Shown piece by piece: positions 1 to 13,529 of a stretch of 64,000 nt of DNA. Numbering within the stretch: the stretch's first letter is position 1; every line of letters starts with the position of its first letter. Both the position numbers and the translations under genes were made by a program. The stretch is from Octopus sinensis (taxonomy: Eukaryota), in contig NC_043014.1 in assembly GCF_006345805.1 (NCBI RefSeq), positions 19,530,001-19,594,000 on the forward strand. The letters are read 5' to 3'. The notes beneath the pieces were generated by a model. That model was not told the DNA's origin, ran no database searches, and saw only the letters and a program-made list of their open reading frames with translations.

Positions 1-330
1 TTAGCGAAGGCGGAGGTATTTTTCCAGTCGTGTTTGTATGTGGACAAAATATCTCAAGACTCGCTGGATGGATTCAGATGAAATTTCAGGGATGTTTTGT
101 CCCGTGACCGCAACGAACTAATTAGATTTTGGGATCGATGGGTACCGGAAAAGGATTCTGGATTATTTTTCTTTTTTTGTTTTTACTTAATATTTGAGAC
201 CGGTCAGGTTTATTTTTCTTATTCTCGTTCGTGAGTCCAGCCGAGTTTTTTTCAGATATACTCATCTTAAAAATCATCTCGGGCTGATCATTGAGAGGAC
301 GTTGGTGTTGCCTTGACGGAAGTTTTTCGG
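1..330 (+). mobile_element. Non-autonomous Helentron-associated (HINE/DINE-1-like) element, 5' end cut by the window edge
   Basis: GGCGGAGGTA at 9-18 (right arm of the typical 5' palindrome); core GGATGGATTCAGATGAAATTTCAGGG...ATTAGATTTTGGG; sub-terminal CCTTGACGGAAG near 311-322. Layout recognised from memory of HINE/DINE-1-type repeats. Confidence 0.5.
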
Positions 331-529
331 AAATAGTCGACTGTTGAAAATGCTGCCTTTATCTCTCTATGTTTGGAGAAATTTATGGTTTCTTGATATA
401 TTCCCGTAGTTTTCTTTCAGTGACATTAGCAATTGCGAGAACATTTTTCATTTGGTTAAATGTTTCAATGTACAATTGACCTACTTGAGTTATCACCCCT
501 TGCTTACTATAATTACTTAACTTACTCCA

Positions 530-555
530 TATATATATGTATGTGTGTGTGTATG

Positions 556-628
<73 letters not shown>

Positions 629-1079
629 GTATACATGAAACATAATATACATATATCTGTTTGTACATATACAGCATGTACGCACACACGACAGTATATG
701 TCTGGATATGAGTGTTTGTATTTGTGTGTGATTCTAATAGCACAGAATGAGAGAAAACTGATTCTCTTTATAAAAAGAAAATACTTTGATATATTCGCCT
801 TTAGAATTTTCTTGCTAATATAATTTCAATATCAATTTACATTCATTGAAGTTTTGTAATAAAGCAGGGCTACACAAGTTCTCTTATCTAGTTTCTATCT
901 AGCTTTAATAGATGTTTTGCACTGTGAAGCTTTTACAGTTAATCAATATATTCAATGCTACAAATTGTTAAAAAATTAATCCAAGATCACCAAATATATC
1001 ACCGTTCATACAACTCATACATATTCATACGTACAGACACACACACATATTTATATACATATATGTGCATATATCTGTT

Positions 1080-1122
<43 letters not shown>

Positions 1123-1161
1123 GTATGTATATTTATATATTATATAGACATACATATGCAA

Positions 1162-1203
<42 letters not shown>

Positions 1204-1344
1204 GTATATATATACACATACACATATATGTACGTAAATACATATATGTACGTATATATATATATATTATATATATATATATATAAACAAAGATAAATGC
1301 GATACAATAAAATTAATATAATCGCCGGTGTACCAGTACACGCC

Positions 1345-1379
<35 letters not shown>

Positions 1380-1433
1380 ATATATATAATATATTAATAT
1401 ATTAATATATTAATATATTAATATATAATATAT
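530..1433. repeat. Compound (TA)n/(TG)n/(CA)n microsatellite cluster
   Basis: Visible dinucleotide tracts. The YIYI/CVCV ORFs are artefacts of these. Confidence 0.95.
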
Positions 1434-1460
1434 CTAATTCTCGGCGACAACTATGATTGT

Positions 1461-1505
1461 CACACGCTGACGAGAGGTCAATACCTCGAAACTCGAGTCC
1501 GTGTG
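1461..1505 (+). ncRNA. Type I hammerhead ribozyme, copy 1
   Basis: CACACG (helix I) CTGACGA (core) GAGG-tcaata-CCTC (helix II) GAAA CTCGAG (palindromic helix III) TC^ CGTGTG (helix I'). GUC cleavage predicted after 1499. Confidence 0.9.
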
Positions 1506-1812
1506 TATCATAAGTTGAAGACGGAAGGATGACTTCCCTTTGCAAATACTGACAGGACACAGATAGTGTGTCTATGGCCAGCTGGAGGAGTGTGTCCTCC
1601 TGGGGCTAAAAACTACAGTAGCATCCACCCTTAGTGGTTAGCCATATTGAAATGGCAAAAATACGTCACGATGTGTTACCGCTACTGTATATAACTCACT
1701 TTGATATTTATCATTGTTTGATTTCACTTTTTCAATATCAGCGACAGTGGACGCTGGAAAAAGTATAAGTATTTGTGAAGGAAATCTAATTCTCGGCGAC
1801 AACTATGATTGT

Positions 1813-1857
1813 CACACGCTGACGAGAGGTCAATACCTCGAAACTCGAGTCCGTGTG
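1813..1857 (+). ncRNA. Type I hammerhead ribozyme, copy 2
   Basis: Identical to copy 1. Cleavage predicted after 1851. Confidence 0.9.
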
Positions 1858-2267
1858 TATCATAAGTTGAAGACGGGAAGGATGACTTCCCTTTGCAAAT
1901 ACTGACAGGACACACATAGTGTGTCTATGGCCAGCTGGAGGAGTGTGTCCTCCTGGGGCTAAAAACTACAGTAGCATCCACCCTTAGGGGTTAGCCATAT
2001 TGAAATGGCAAAAATACGTCACGATATATAATATATTGTTTATTTGCAATGCTGTAACTGCATAGGATAAAAAGCTAAAATATGTAGTGTAATTTGCATG
2101 ATTTGTACTCGGATTTCAATATTTCTTTCTTTACACCTTCTCCTCGTAATAGAGGAAACGGGTTCGTCGAGATACGGCTGATGCTGACATTTCCCCAATA
2201 CGTTCCCGCTTACTGATAATTCCACGAATGATTCTCATGTTATTATTGCGATTAAAATAAAATACTC

Positions 2268-2585
2268 CGCCGGTTACGACGACGAGGGTCCCAGCTGATA
2301 CGATCAACGGAACAGCTTGCTCGTGAAATTAACGTGCAAATGGCTGAGCATTCCACAGACACGTGTACTCTTAACGTAGTTCTCGGGGATAATCAGCGTG
2401 ACACAGAGAGTGACAAGGCTGACCCTTTGAAAATACAAGTACAACTCATTTTTGCCAGCTGAGTGGACTGGAGCAACGTGAAATAAAGTGTCTTGCTCAA
2501 GGACACAACGCGTCGCCGGGAATCGAACTCACAACCTTACGATCATGAGCCGAATGCCCTAACCACTAAGCCACGCGCCCTCACA
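2268..2585 (-). mobile_element. tRNA-derived SINE
   Basis: Minus strand starts GTGAGGGCGCGTGGCTTAGTGGTTAGG (A box) ... GTTCGATTCC (B box), followed by GTGTCCTTGAGCAAGACAC central domain. The related body recurs at 34080-34145 and 47950-48125. Confidence 0.85.
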
Positions 2586-2869
2586 TTATTGCGATAGTGT
2601 TTTGAGAACCCACGACTATGAAAATACCTATGTTAACCACAAAATATTTTCTATGGGTTAATTCAAATACATGAATAAATGCATGTTCAACGCGTTGCGT
2701 TTGTGTATTTGTCCATGTGTGAGAGTTTGTATTTGTTTGTGTAGTTATGGTTGTGTGCAATATTCATTAATAGTGGAGGATTGCAGTTTTCTTGATCGAC
2801 GCAGAGACACGTTACAAATGGGTCAATAATTTTATCGAAAGGCAGTGACAATAAATATGCGTTACCTGG

Positions 2870-4625
<1,756 letters not shown>

Positions 4626-4629
4626 TACA

Positions 4630-5160
4630 GGTAGAAATAGAGGATTACTACTAATCTATTGAACATCCGATCCTAAATAGCGCTCTTATTTTCGCGAAAA
4701 ATCGTACTGAACTAACAATGAATGAAAATTAAGGTAATCTTAGAAGCAAGAAACTTCATAATAAATTTCGAAAACAAACTATGGGTAAGGATAGATACCC
4801 CTAACAACTTCGATATCACCATGGGAGCCCCTGATTCAGCACAGATAACTGACTTAGTAGGCATTTACTTATTATCACATTTACAGGAATAATTCCCAGA
4901 GATCAGGGGAGGTCTCTACGGAGACGACATACTATTTATCTTGAAGAACATTTCAAATAGGAGATTAGAACTACTTAAGAAAAAGCCATATAAGTTTTTG
5001 AAAGGTTTTGACTTAACTATTACAATAGAAAAATAACATAATTCTATAAACTACTTAAACGCTAATTGCAACTTAACTACGTGTCTACACGAAGCCTACA
5101 TAAAACCGAATAAAAACCTTGAATATATAAATGCACGTAGCAACCATCCTAACATGCTCC
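4630..5160 (+). mobile_element. Degenerate Penelope-like RT fragment, inverted partner of the 2870-4625 copy
   Basis: EIEDYY*SI...ALIFAK, FDITMGAPDSAQITDLVGIYLL, GLYGDD and YINARSNHP match PLE RT motifs. It is the reverse complement of about 4250-4625. Confidence 0.8.
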
Positions 5161-5232
5161 TAATTCAATTTAATTAAACAATGACTTTAAAACACCAATG
5201 ATCCACTTCTCATTGTTAATTATTGCTCCATT

Positions 5233-5265
<33 letters not shown>

Positions 5266-5267
5266 CG

Positions 5268-5298
<31 letters not shown>

Positions 5299-8200
5299 GT
5301 GTGTGTGTGTGTGTTTGTGTGTTTGTGTGCGTACGTGTTTAAATATATGCTATATATATATATATATATGCATGCTGACACACATGCACATAAATGCATA
5401 AACACACATACATATAATTAAACGTGGGTGTATAAAAATGAAAGGGTAGCAAACACGCACTTAACAAACTAAGTAACCTCATAGGGTTCCTCAAAATAGC
5501 TTTTAAACCTTCTAAATATTAATTCCATCGGAAAGAAGTGGGCATGTTTTCAACTAGCCACCCAGCGACTCAGGGAAATACACAGCCAATCATCCGATCA
5601 ACGTTCCAGTAAGCATATCAGCGAATCAACACAGAGATGCATGTACTGAATAAATTACATATATATATGCGTGTGTGTGCGTGTGTGTGTGCGTGCGCGC
5701 GTGTGTGGGTGTATGTGTGTGTGTGTGTGTGTATAAAGTATATAGCTAATGTCACAGATTTGACATGAACATGCCTCCGTCTATCATCGTCGCTTATCTC
5801 CCTACACCCATATCAAACAAATCGTCTAATAAATTCTACGTCTTTATTTAAAAAAATGATATTTATCTCTCACATGGTCTCTCTCGCTTTCTCTCTTTCT
5901 CTCTCTCTCTCTCTCTTATCATTCTTCATTTTATCTCACTTTCTCTACTTATATAATTAGGCCATTTTTTTTTCAATATTCCAACTGCAACTTCCGAAAA
6001 CCATCTTACAAGAGCAATCTGTAATCGATTTTAAAAGTTTGCTTGTTTCTTTGATCGATATTCCTTCGCGTTATCGTGGTGCATTTATGGTGTTATTCAG
6101 TGAAGCTTAGAAGAAGGTACGAGAACTTGGTGGGAAAAAAAGAAGGAAGAAGCATGAAATAAAATGGAGACTAAGTGAATCAAATCACGAAAATGTCACC
6201 TTATTTGTGGATCATAGTCACTGAGCATTAATTCAGAGGTGTAACGATGCATTCAGTTAGACTAATATGAAACGATATTAAACTCAACGCAATTACCTTT
6301 CCGACTTGATCTAAATTTTTGTAGAAACACGTACAAAAACACAGAGATATATATTTACACATACAAGTGCGTGTGTGTGTATTAGTATGTGTGTGCATAC
6401 GTGTGTAAGTGTATGTACGCGTAAGTGTATGTATGTTTAAATGTGGGCGTGAGTGTGTTTGTGCGCGCGGGAAAATATGTAAGCGAATCTGATTCTAAGA
6501 GATAGGAAACTCAAAGAAACTGTACAAAAACGACATGTCATCGAATAAACGAATAAACGAATAAGCTATACCGTTTCCTCGTGTTCATATGTCTATCTAT
6601 ATAGCAAACGATCTCTGCTTCTCTCTCCTTCTCTTCTTCTCTCTCGCTCTCTCTCACTGTTCCTGTATGTTTTTGCATATTTGTGTATATGGGTATTTTC
6701 TCCGTCTTTGCATGCATATATGTACGCATGTAGTAGCAAGCCATTTATTTGTCTATCTACAAATCCAAATATTCATCCATCTCCTTCTCCAGATGTACCT
6801 TTATAACTTTCATTTTCTTCTTCTTCCCTTTTTTATCTTCCCTGTTTTATTTATCACTGCAACATACTTCTCTAATTTGCCTCTCCAGTTCTATTCACTC
6901 GCTTATTACACTTTCCTCCCCTACATCCCACGAAGCACCCCTGGCCCTCTTCTGACTACTTCCTGTTTCACATACTGCTCTTCATTTTCTTGATCGGATC
7001 TTCAAATTTTCAGCTCTTGGCTTATCTTAGCAAATTATCAAAGTCCTAATGCCCAAAGATATTTTGTGTTTTTGTTCTGTTTAACGTTACTTCAAACATT
7101 TTGTCTTAATAATGTATATATGTTTAGTTTACTTTGTACTTTTTCTTCCTTATTTTAAAATACAGTTCCTTTCAAAGAATATTAATTTTTTTCCGTAACG
7201 CCCATCCCGTTAACTTTTCTTTTTGCTTTATTGAATTTTCTTCTTAATGATATTTGGTCGATACATATTGAGGAAGGACCATAAATGAGTTTTTCTTCCT
7301 TTTTGTTTGCCCCATTATTTCGTTCTCGTAAATTTCTTTGCCAACTCGTTGTGCTATATTTTTCATATTATATATATATATATATGGATATATATATACA
7401 CACACACACACACATATATATTGTGTGTGTTTCTGTGTTTAGTTTATTGAAAGTGAATCTTTATTGCAAAAACCTCTTTAAACGGTGTATGTTATTCTCC
7501 GAAATGATTCCTAATGTAGTTTCTGACAGCTGAGAATATAATTATTTTGATATTTTTCCTATAATAGAAAGGAGTTTATTCTCAAAAAGTAGATCTTACT
7601 TGAATGCTTGTCTTACCTAAGGTCTAATTCGTTGTGTTATGTTAGGGGCTGGTTTATGTGTATCATTCCTTTGACAGCCTTCCACAGAGTTTGCACCTAT
7701 CAGATTTTACTCTGGCTAGGCTATGGTAGGATCCACGCGGTGGGTTTGAACTCAAGACTACGAAATTCCCACAACAGCATGAAACGTCGAGAATGATACA
7801 TACAATCATTTTACTCCTAGTTGAGAATCAGTTCTGGTTCTACTCAAGTAAAAGCGCAGCTGTGACTTTTCACGTTAGTAGCTGTAGAATATTTTACGGC
7901 TTACTGTTGCTGTAACCGCCACTCTTTTGTGGTATGTTATATAAGAGAGAGTTGTAGTTCGCTTAAAGCGTTGTAATATAGAAGAATATGAGAAGAGAAA
8001 AATAACCAGCATCTGACAATGCGTAAAGTTTGTTAAAACCTTTATATTTCGGACGCAAAGTACTATCTTCAGAAGAGAAGAACAGTCTAAGAAAATTTCT
8101 GTTATGCAGAATCCGTTAATCCATTTTGAAGATGGGCCTTTGCTCCTGAATGATAATGGTTTTCTTAAGCTTTCTGCGTTGTGATTTTGTGGCATAGAAC

Positions 8201-8427
8201 AAAGCAGGCCTTGTCGTCCAATCAAGAAAATACGTAGTAAAGATCCAAATCACACAAGCAAACTAAGTCCTGAACTTGTTCCATTCGCCAAAAGGTTTGC
8301 AAGACACCAGCAGGCCTCAAGAGACATATTCATGTCCATAAAACATGATTAACGTTTAATTTTACTGAACACTCATTTGTCCTTCACAAGAGAATCCATC
8401 ATATGAGTCTATGTATACATACATACA

Positions 8428-8469
<42 letters not shown>

Positions 8470-8517
8470 TACATACATACATACACACACACACACAAAC
8501 ACACACATACACACACA

Positions 8518-8582
<65 letters not shown>

Positions 8583-8590
8583 TACATATG

Positions 8591-8621
<31 letters not shown>

Positions 8622-9409
8622 GTATATATGTATATATATATATATATACATATATTATATTTTGAAGATTTGTCAATACAAGAGGTTGAAAGAAAATATC
8701 GTATACGATTGGAGAAAAAGGAAACTGTGCTTGCTATTGATGCATAATCTTACGAGACACGTCCGTAAGAAACGAATGTTAAACGATTTAATATTGAGTT
8801 CTTCGTACAATATATCTGTACGTCTAGTTACTAAATGAAGGTTGGTGTGTGAAATTTCCTGTTTCAAAAGAACAAATGTTTGCTAAAGAAGTTTTGATAT
8901 AGAATGGCAACTGTCTCTTGAGACTTAACGTAATATAAAAAGATAATTTCAGAAATATATATATATATATATATGTATAGACTGATCTGAAGACACACGA
9001 AGAAATACAGAAAATACTTATACAAACACATATGTACACGAGCTCATATACATGTGTATATGCACACACATACATATACTCAGACGTGTACATATATGTG
9101 TATATGCAAGTATTTTCGTATACAAGTGTGAATGCGCGTGTGTCCGTCTGTATATTTTTGTGCAGGTGTAGACATGCACGTATTCTTATCGACAGGTACT
9201 TATGAATATATCCACCCACACATCGTAAGAGACACGCATGTACGAGTGGAAGCTGCGCGTATGTATGACTGTCGGTGGACGTCGCTCGGTGTTTGTGGAA
9301 GTCTGCGTGTTTTAGTGTCTGTATATTCCTGTTTATACATTTGGGAATTTTATTAATAACTGTCTGTGAAAACGAAAGAATATATAACGTTTCAAAACAA
9401 AAGATTGCG

Positions 9410-9427
9410 TGCGTATTATTATTATTA

Positions 9428-9494
<67 letters not shown>

Positions 9495-9544
9495 TATTAT
9501 TATCATCATCATCGTTATCACTATTATTATTATCATTATCATTA

Positions 9545-9588
<44 letters not shown>

Positions 9589-9753
9589 CATTATTATTAT
9601 TATTATCATTATTGTCATTATCATTATTATTATTATTATCATTATCATTATTATTATTATCATTATTATTATTATTATCATTATCATTTTATTATTATCA
9701 TTATTATTATTATTATCATTATCATTATTATTATTATCATTATTATTATTATC

Positions 9754-9797
<44 letters not shown>

Positions 9798-10007
9798 CAT
9801 TATTTTATTATTATCATTATTATTTATTATCATTATTATCATTATCATTATTATTATTATTATCATTATCATTATTATTATATCATTATTATTATTATCA
9901 TTATCATTATTATTATTATCATTATTATTATTATCATTATCATTATTATTATTATCATTATTATTATTATTATCATTATCATTATTATTATTATCATTAT
10001 TATTATT

Positions 10008-10048
<41 letters not shown>

Positions 10049-10190
10049 CATTATTATTATTATTATCATTATTATTATTATTATCATTATTATCATTATC
10101 ATTATTATTATTATTATCATTATCATTATTATTATTATCATTATTATTATTATTATCATTATCATTATTATTATTATCATTATTATTATT

Positions 10191-10237
<47 letters not shown>

Positions 10238-10259
10238 CATTATTATTATTATTATCATT

Positions 10260-10303
<44 letters not shown>

Positions 10304-10317
10304 TATTATTATCATTA

Positions 10318-10348
<31 letters not shown>

Positions 10349-10566
10349 TATTATTATCATTATTATTATTATTATCATTATCATTATTATTTATTATTAT
10401 TATTATTATTATCATTATTATTATTATTATCATTATTATCATTATCATTATTATTATTATCATTATCATTATTATTATTATCATTATTATTATTATTATC
10501 ATTATCATTATTATTATTATCATTATTATTATTATTATCATTATCATTATTATTATTATCATTATT

Positions 10567-10613
<47 letters not shown>

Positions 10614-10615
10614 CG
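9410..10615. repeat. About 1.2-kb (ATT)n/(ATC)n trinucleotide array
   Basis: Continuous ATT units interspersed with ATC. This is the source of the 287-475 aa poly-I/Y/L ORFs. Confidence 0.97.
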
Positions 10616-11839
10616 TTTTATTTCCTTTTTTTGTCTCTTACTTTTATACTCATACCACATGTTTACTTGGACAAATATGATCAAACATTACAGAACATAT
10701 AACATAACTATATCAGCTATGTAAATTTACATATTATCACATCCGCCCCAGCGCTATAAGGAAGATCACGACAACGATTTAAATAATGATGATGATGATG
10801 CTGATGATGGTGATAACGATCATCATCATCATCGTCGTCATCAACACCAACGCTACAAGTAGCAAAAACCATTTTCTCGTCATTGCCAACCTTCGGATCC
10901 TTTCAAAGCCAAATAAAATGCCCTTGCGGTATTATTCTGTTTATGTTTTGCGTTCATCCTCCCTAAAGTTCAACCCCTGATAGCGGTAGGGTGGTGTAAA
11001 CGGGCAGTGTCAGAGCTATGCCGTCGGGAACTTCGATTCCTGGTATGGCCACCCAAGGCTGATTGGTCTGGCACCGAGCGGTATTAGGGCCGCAGCCTGG
11101 TTCTGGTGAAATTTCCAAGAGGTGTCTGATCGGCAACCGGCAGATTCGAGGTCGTTTTATCCCTGCGTCTGTGGAGACACCGCGGCAGACAGGGCGTCTC
11201 ATCAATCGGGATATGCATGCGGGATGTCGGGGACCGCTTGTGAATTCAATATTTCCACAAAACTTTTTCTATGCTGTCAGGACAAGGAGAAGCCGGCTCA
11301 ACCCACCCTGGGTGAACGCCGTCACATGTAGAAGTACAAGTAAGTACATCCAATCGTGTCCTCTCAATTAAAGTCAACGGTACCGATTGACTGTACTGTG
11401 CTTGATGTTGCTCTTCAACCTACCGTGAGAGACAAAACAAGGTACCTGTCAATTATTAAATCAATGGTATCGATTAACTGCCCATCCCCTCAAAATTGCT
11501 GACCAGGTCCATAAATCAAAAAGCATTAATATCGTCATCAATGGCAACAATAGCAACAACAGCGCAAACATTGTCGACACGATCAAGTTAAACGTCAACG
11601 TCGTTTTCTAAACATCAATTATACCCATTGTTATCGTTTAGATAACGTTAGATAACGCTTAGATAATCATTCTCACTGTGCCGCGTTCACACTTTTTCCA
11701 TTATCTCTTTCACTCAGTCCTTACGGGGTTGCCTCCTCTTTTTACTTCTACTCAGATTCTTTGATCCATTTTTGTTTCTCTTTCTCATTCCCTCTCCTTC
11801 TCTCCCCCTCTCTCTTTCTCTCTCTCTCACTCTTTCTCT

Positions 11840-11870
<31 letters not shown>

Positions 11871-12129
11871 AAGTGTATTTATGTGTGTAATTACAAACAT
11901 AATCATGCCTACAAAATAGCATGTATGAAAGATAGTATATCCTCTCTCCTCCTAAAATATGCATAATATATATACGTACATACATATGTCTATCACACTC
12001 TGTCCCTCTCTTTTTTCTCTCTCTCTCTTTCTCTCTCTATCTCTGCCCCCTCTCTCTCTCTCTCTAGATATATATATATAAGTCGCCATGATAGATCGTT
12101 AGCCACTACACACATTTTTTTGCAAAGCA

Positions 12130-12176
<47 letters not shown>

Positions 12177-12214
12177 TAAGAAGATTATTGTATCTGAAGT
12201 CAATTCCAATAGAA

Positions 12215-12612
12215 TTAAGTTTATGTCAAGTAACTCTAAGATTAAAAATTCTATATACCAGTGTATAATCAGTACTCGTAATAAAGCACGATTTTACATT
12301 GGAAGCACATCGTTAGAGTTATCTAAAATAAGTTCTATCCATTACTCAACATTTAGGGATAGAAATAAACGGAACAGTACCGGTCTCAGCAAACTGATTT
12401 GGGATTTAAAAGACCACAATGAACAATTTCATTTAGAATGGTTGATTCTCTCAATTTCGATACCATATGTCAAAGGCAAGAAATTCTGTCTTCTCTGCAA
12501 TTCTGAGCTATTTTTCATTATTTTTTCTAAAAATACTCTAGTAAACACGGTTATAGAGCGAGCATACAGATGTAAGCATTGGCAAAAACATACATTTAGT
12601 GCATATAAGTAG
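12215..12612 (+). mobile_element. Penelope-like element 3' fragment (GIY-YIG endonuclease)
   Basis: ORF 12223-12612: NSIYQCII...FYIGST...STGLSKLIWDLKD...CLLCNSE...CKH, which is the PLE GIY-YIG plus C-terminal Cys/His pattern. Confidence 0.85.
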
Positions 12613-12939
12613 TCTCTATCATTATATATAATTTAAACTTTAATTTCCTTTATATTTAACATTCACTATTAATTTCCCTACTCTTTCTGTTAGCCACTTA
12701 TGACGTTATATTATATAACGTTTTTTTAAATAATATTAATAGCTTTCTGTCAATCGCTATACAAATCCATCATTTTTTGCTAAAATGTCTTATTGAGAAG
12801 TTTCATGTTTTTTCACTTTCCTGAGTAGAAGATTGCATTGTTTATACCATTTATTCTTTTGAATAGTATCAGTGGAATTTTCGAAACATGTGTCGAAAGT
12901 AAAAATATTTGATTACACCTGCGTTAAACTCCATTTATT

Positions 12940-12984
<45 letters not shown>

Positions 12985-13209
12985 ATAGACATATAGGGCT
13001 TTGACAGCGTATTTTCCACCACATCAAATCGCAGCCTACCTGCAAATACGCTACATGTATCTGTTGTGCGGGGGGGGGGCATGTGCGTGCGTGTGTGTGT
13101 GTGTGTGCGCGTGCGAGCTGGCGGGTGTGTGTGTGCGTGTAGGAGTAAGTGAACGAACGAAAGGATAAAAACACTATAATTAGTAGGAGTTACATGTATC
13201 AATCTTTAA

Positions 13210-13451
13210 AACAGTTCGATTCCGTTCCATGTAACTTACAGTTTCGTAAGCTTCTTACAGAAGCCTAGCTCGATCCTGTTCATATTACAAAATGGAGGGG
13301 TACAGGAAAATAGCCACCAACACCAGACTATGTTCCAGCAGCCATCTTGGACTTCCTATCCACCTCTATTCGGTATTCTGAGCCCGATCGAGCTACGCTT
13401 CTGTACGAAGCCTACGAAACTTGAAGTCGCATGGAGCCGAATCAAACTGTC
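13210..13451. mobile_element. MITE with TTAA target duplication (Kolobok-like)
   Basis: About 75-bp imperfect TIRs (AACAGTTCGATTCCGTTCCATG... / ...CATGGAGCCGAATCAAACTGTC). TTAA at 13206-13209 and 13452-13455, purine-purine termini on both strands, internal GCCATCTTGG. Confidence 0.7.
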
Positions 13452-13457
13452 TTAAAT

Positions 13458-13521
<64 letters not shown>

Positions 13522-13529
13522 TAATAATA

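Larger units (their letters stand above)
1434..2023 (+). mobile_element. Retrozyme-like non-autonomous retroelement (about 1.7 copies of a 352-nt monomer, two hammerhead ribozymes)
   Basis: Direct repeats 1434-1670 and 1786-2023 differ at only 3 positions, with a 115-nt unique spacer. Each repeat holds a complete hammerhead. The element is flanked by ATATATAATATAT at 1421-1433 and 2024-2036. Confidence 0.8.

Noticed and set aside
1388-1430. 10-bp tandem unit ATATATTAAT and other regularly repeated units as CRISPR-like arrays
   Set aside because: Low complexity, no unique spacers, no cas genes, and a eukaryotic context.
2125-2185. CCTC-gtaata-GAGG-AAAC...GTC resembling part of a hammerhead
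   Set aside because: There is no CUGANGA core at the required position.
2520-2585. tRNA-like sequences here and at 31593 and 37598 as tRNA genes
   Set aside because: They have A and B boxes but continue into SINE bodies and lack a complete acceptor stem.
6750-7050. Purine-rich minus-strand stretch resembling a LINE C-terminus
   Set aside because: No diagnostic motif could be read.
8045-8350. About 100-codon plus-strand frame with a single TGA
   Set aside because: No recognisable domain, start or splice signals, so it cannot be assigned.
8824-10724. Long ORFs of 287-475 aa (poly-I/L/Y/N/H)
   Set aside because: They arise from the stop-free frames of the ATT/ATC array. There is no complex sequence, domain or splice evidence.
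11030-11060. GGCCATACCA on the minus strand (5S rRNA 5' end) and a twister-like CTGACACTGCC nearby
   Set aside because: The matches are only about 10 nt and the rest of each consensus is absent.
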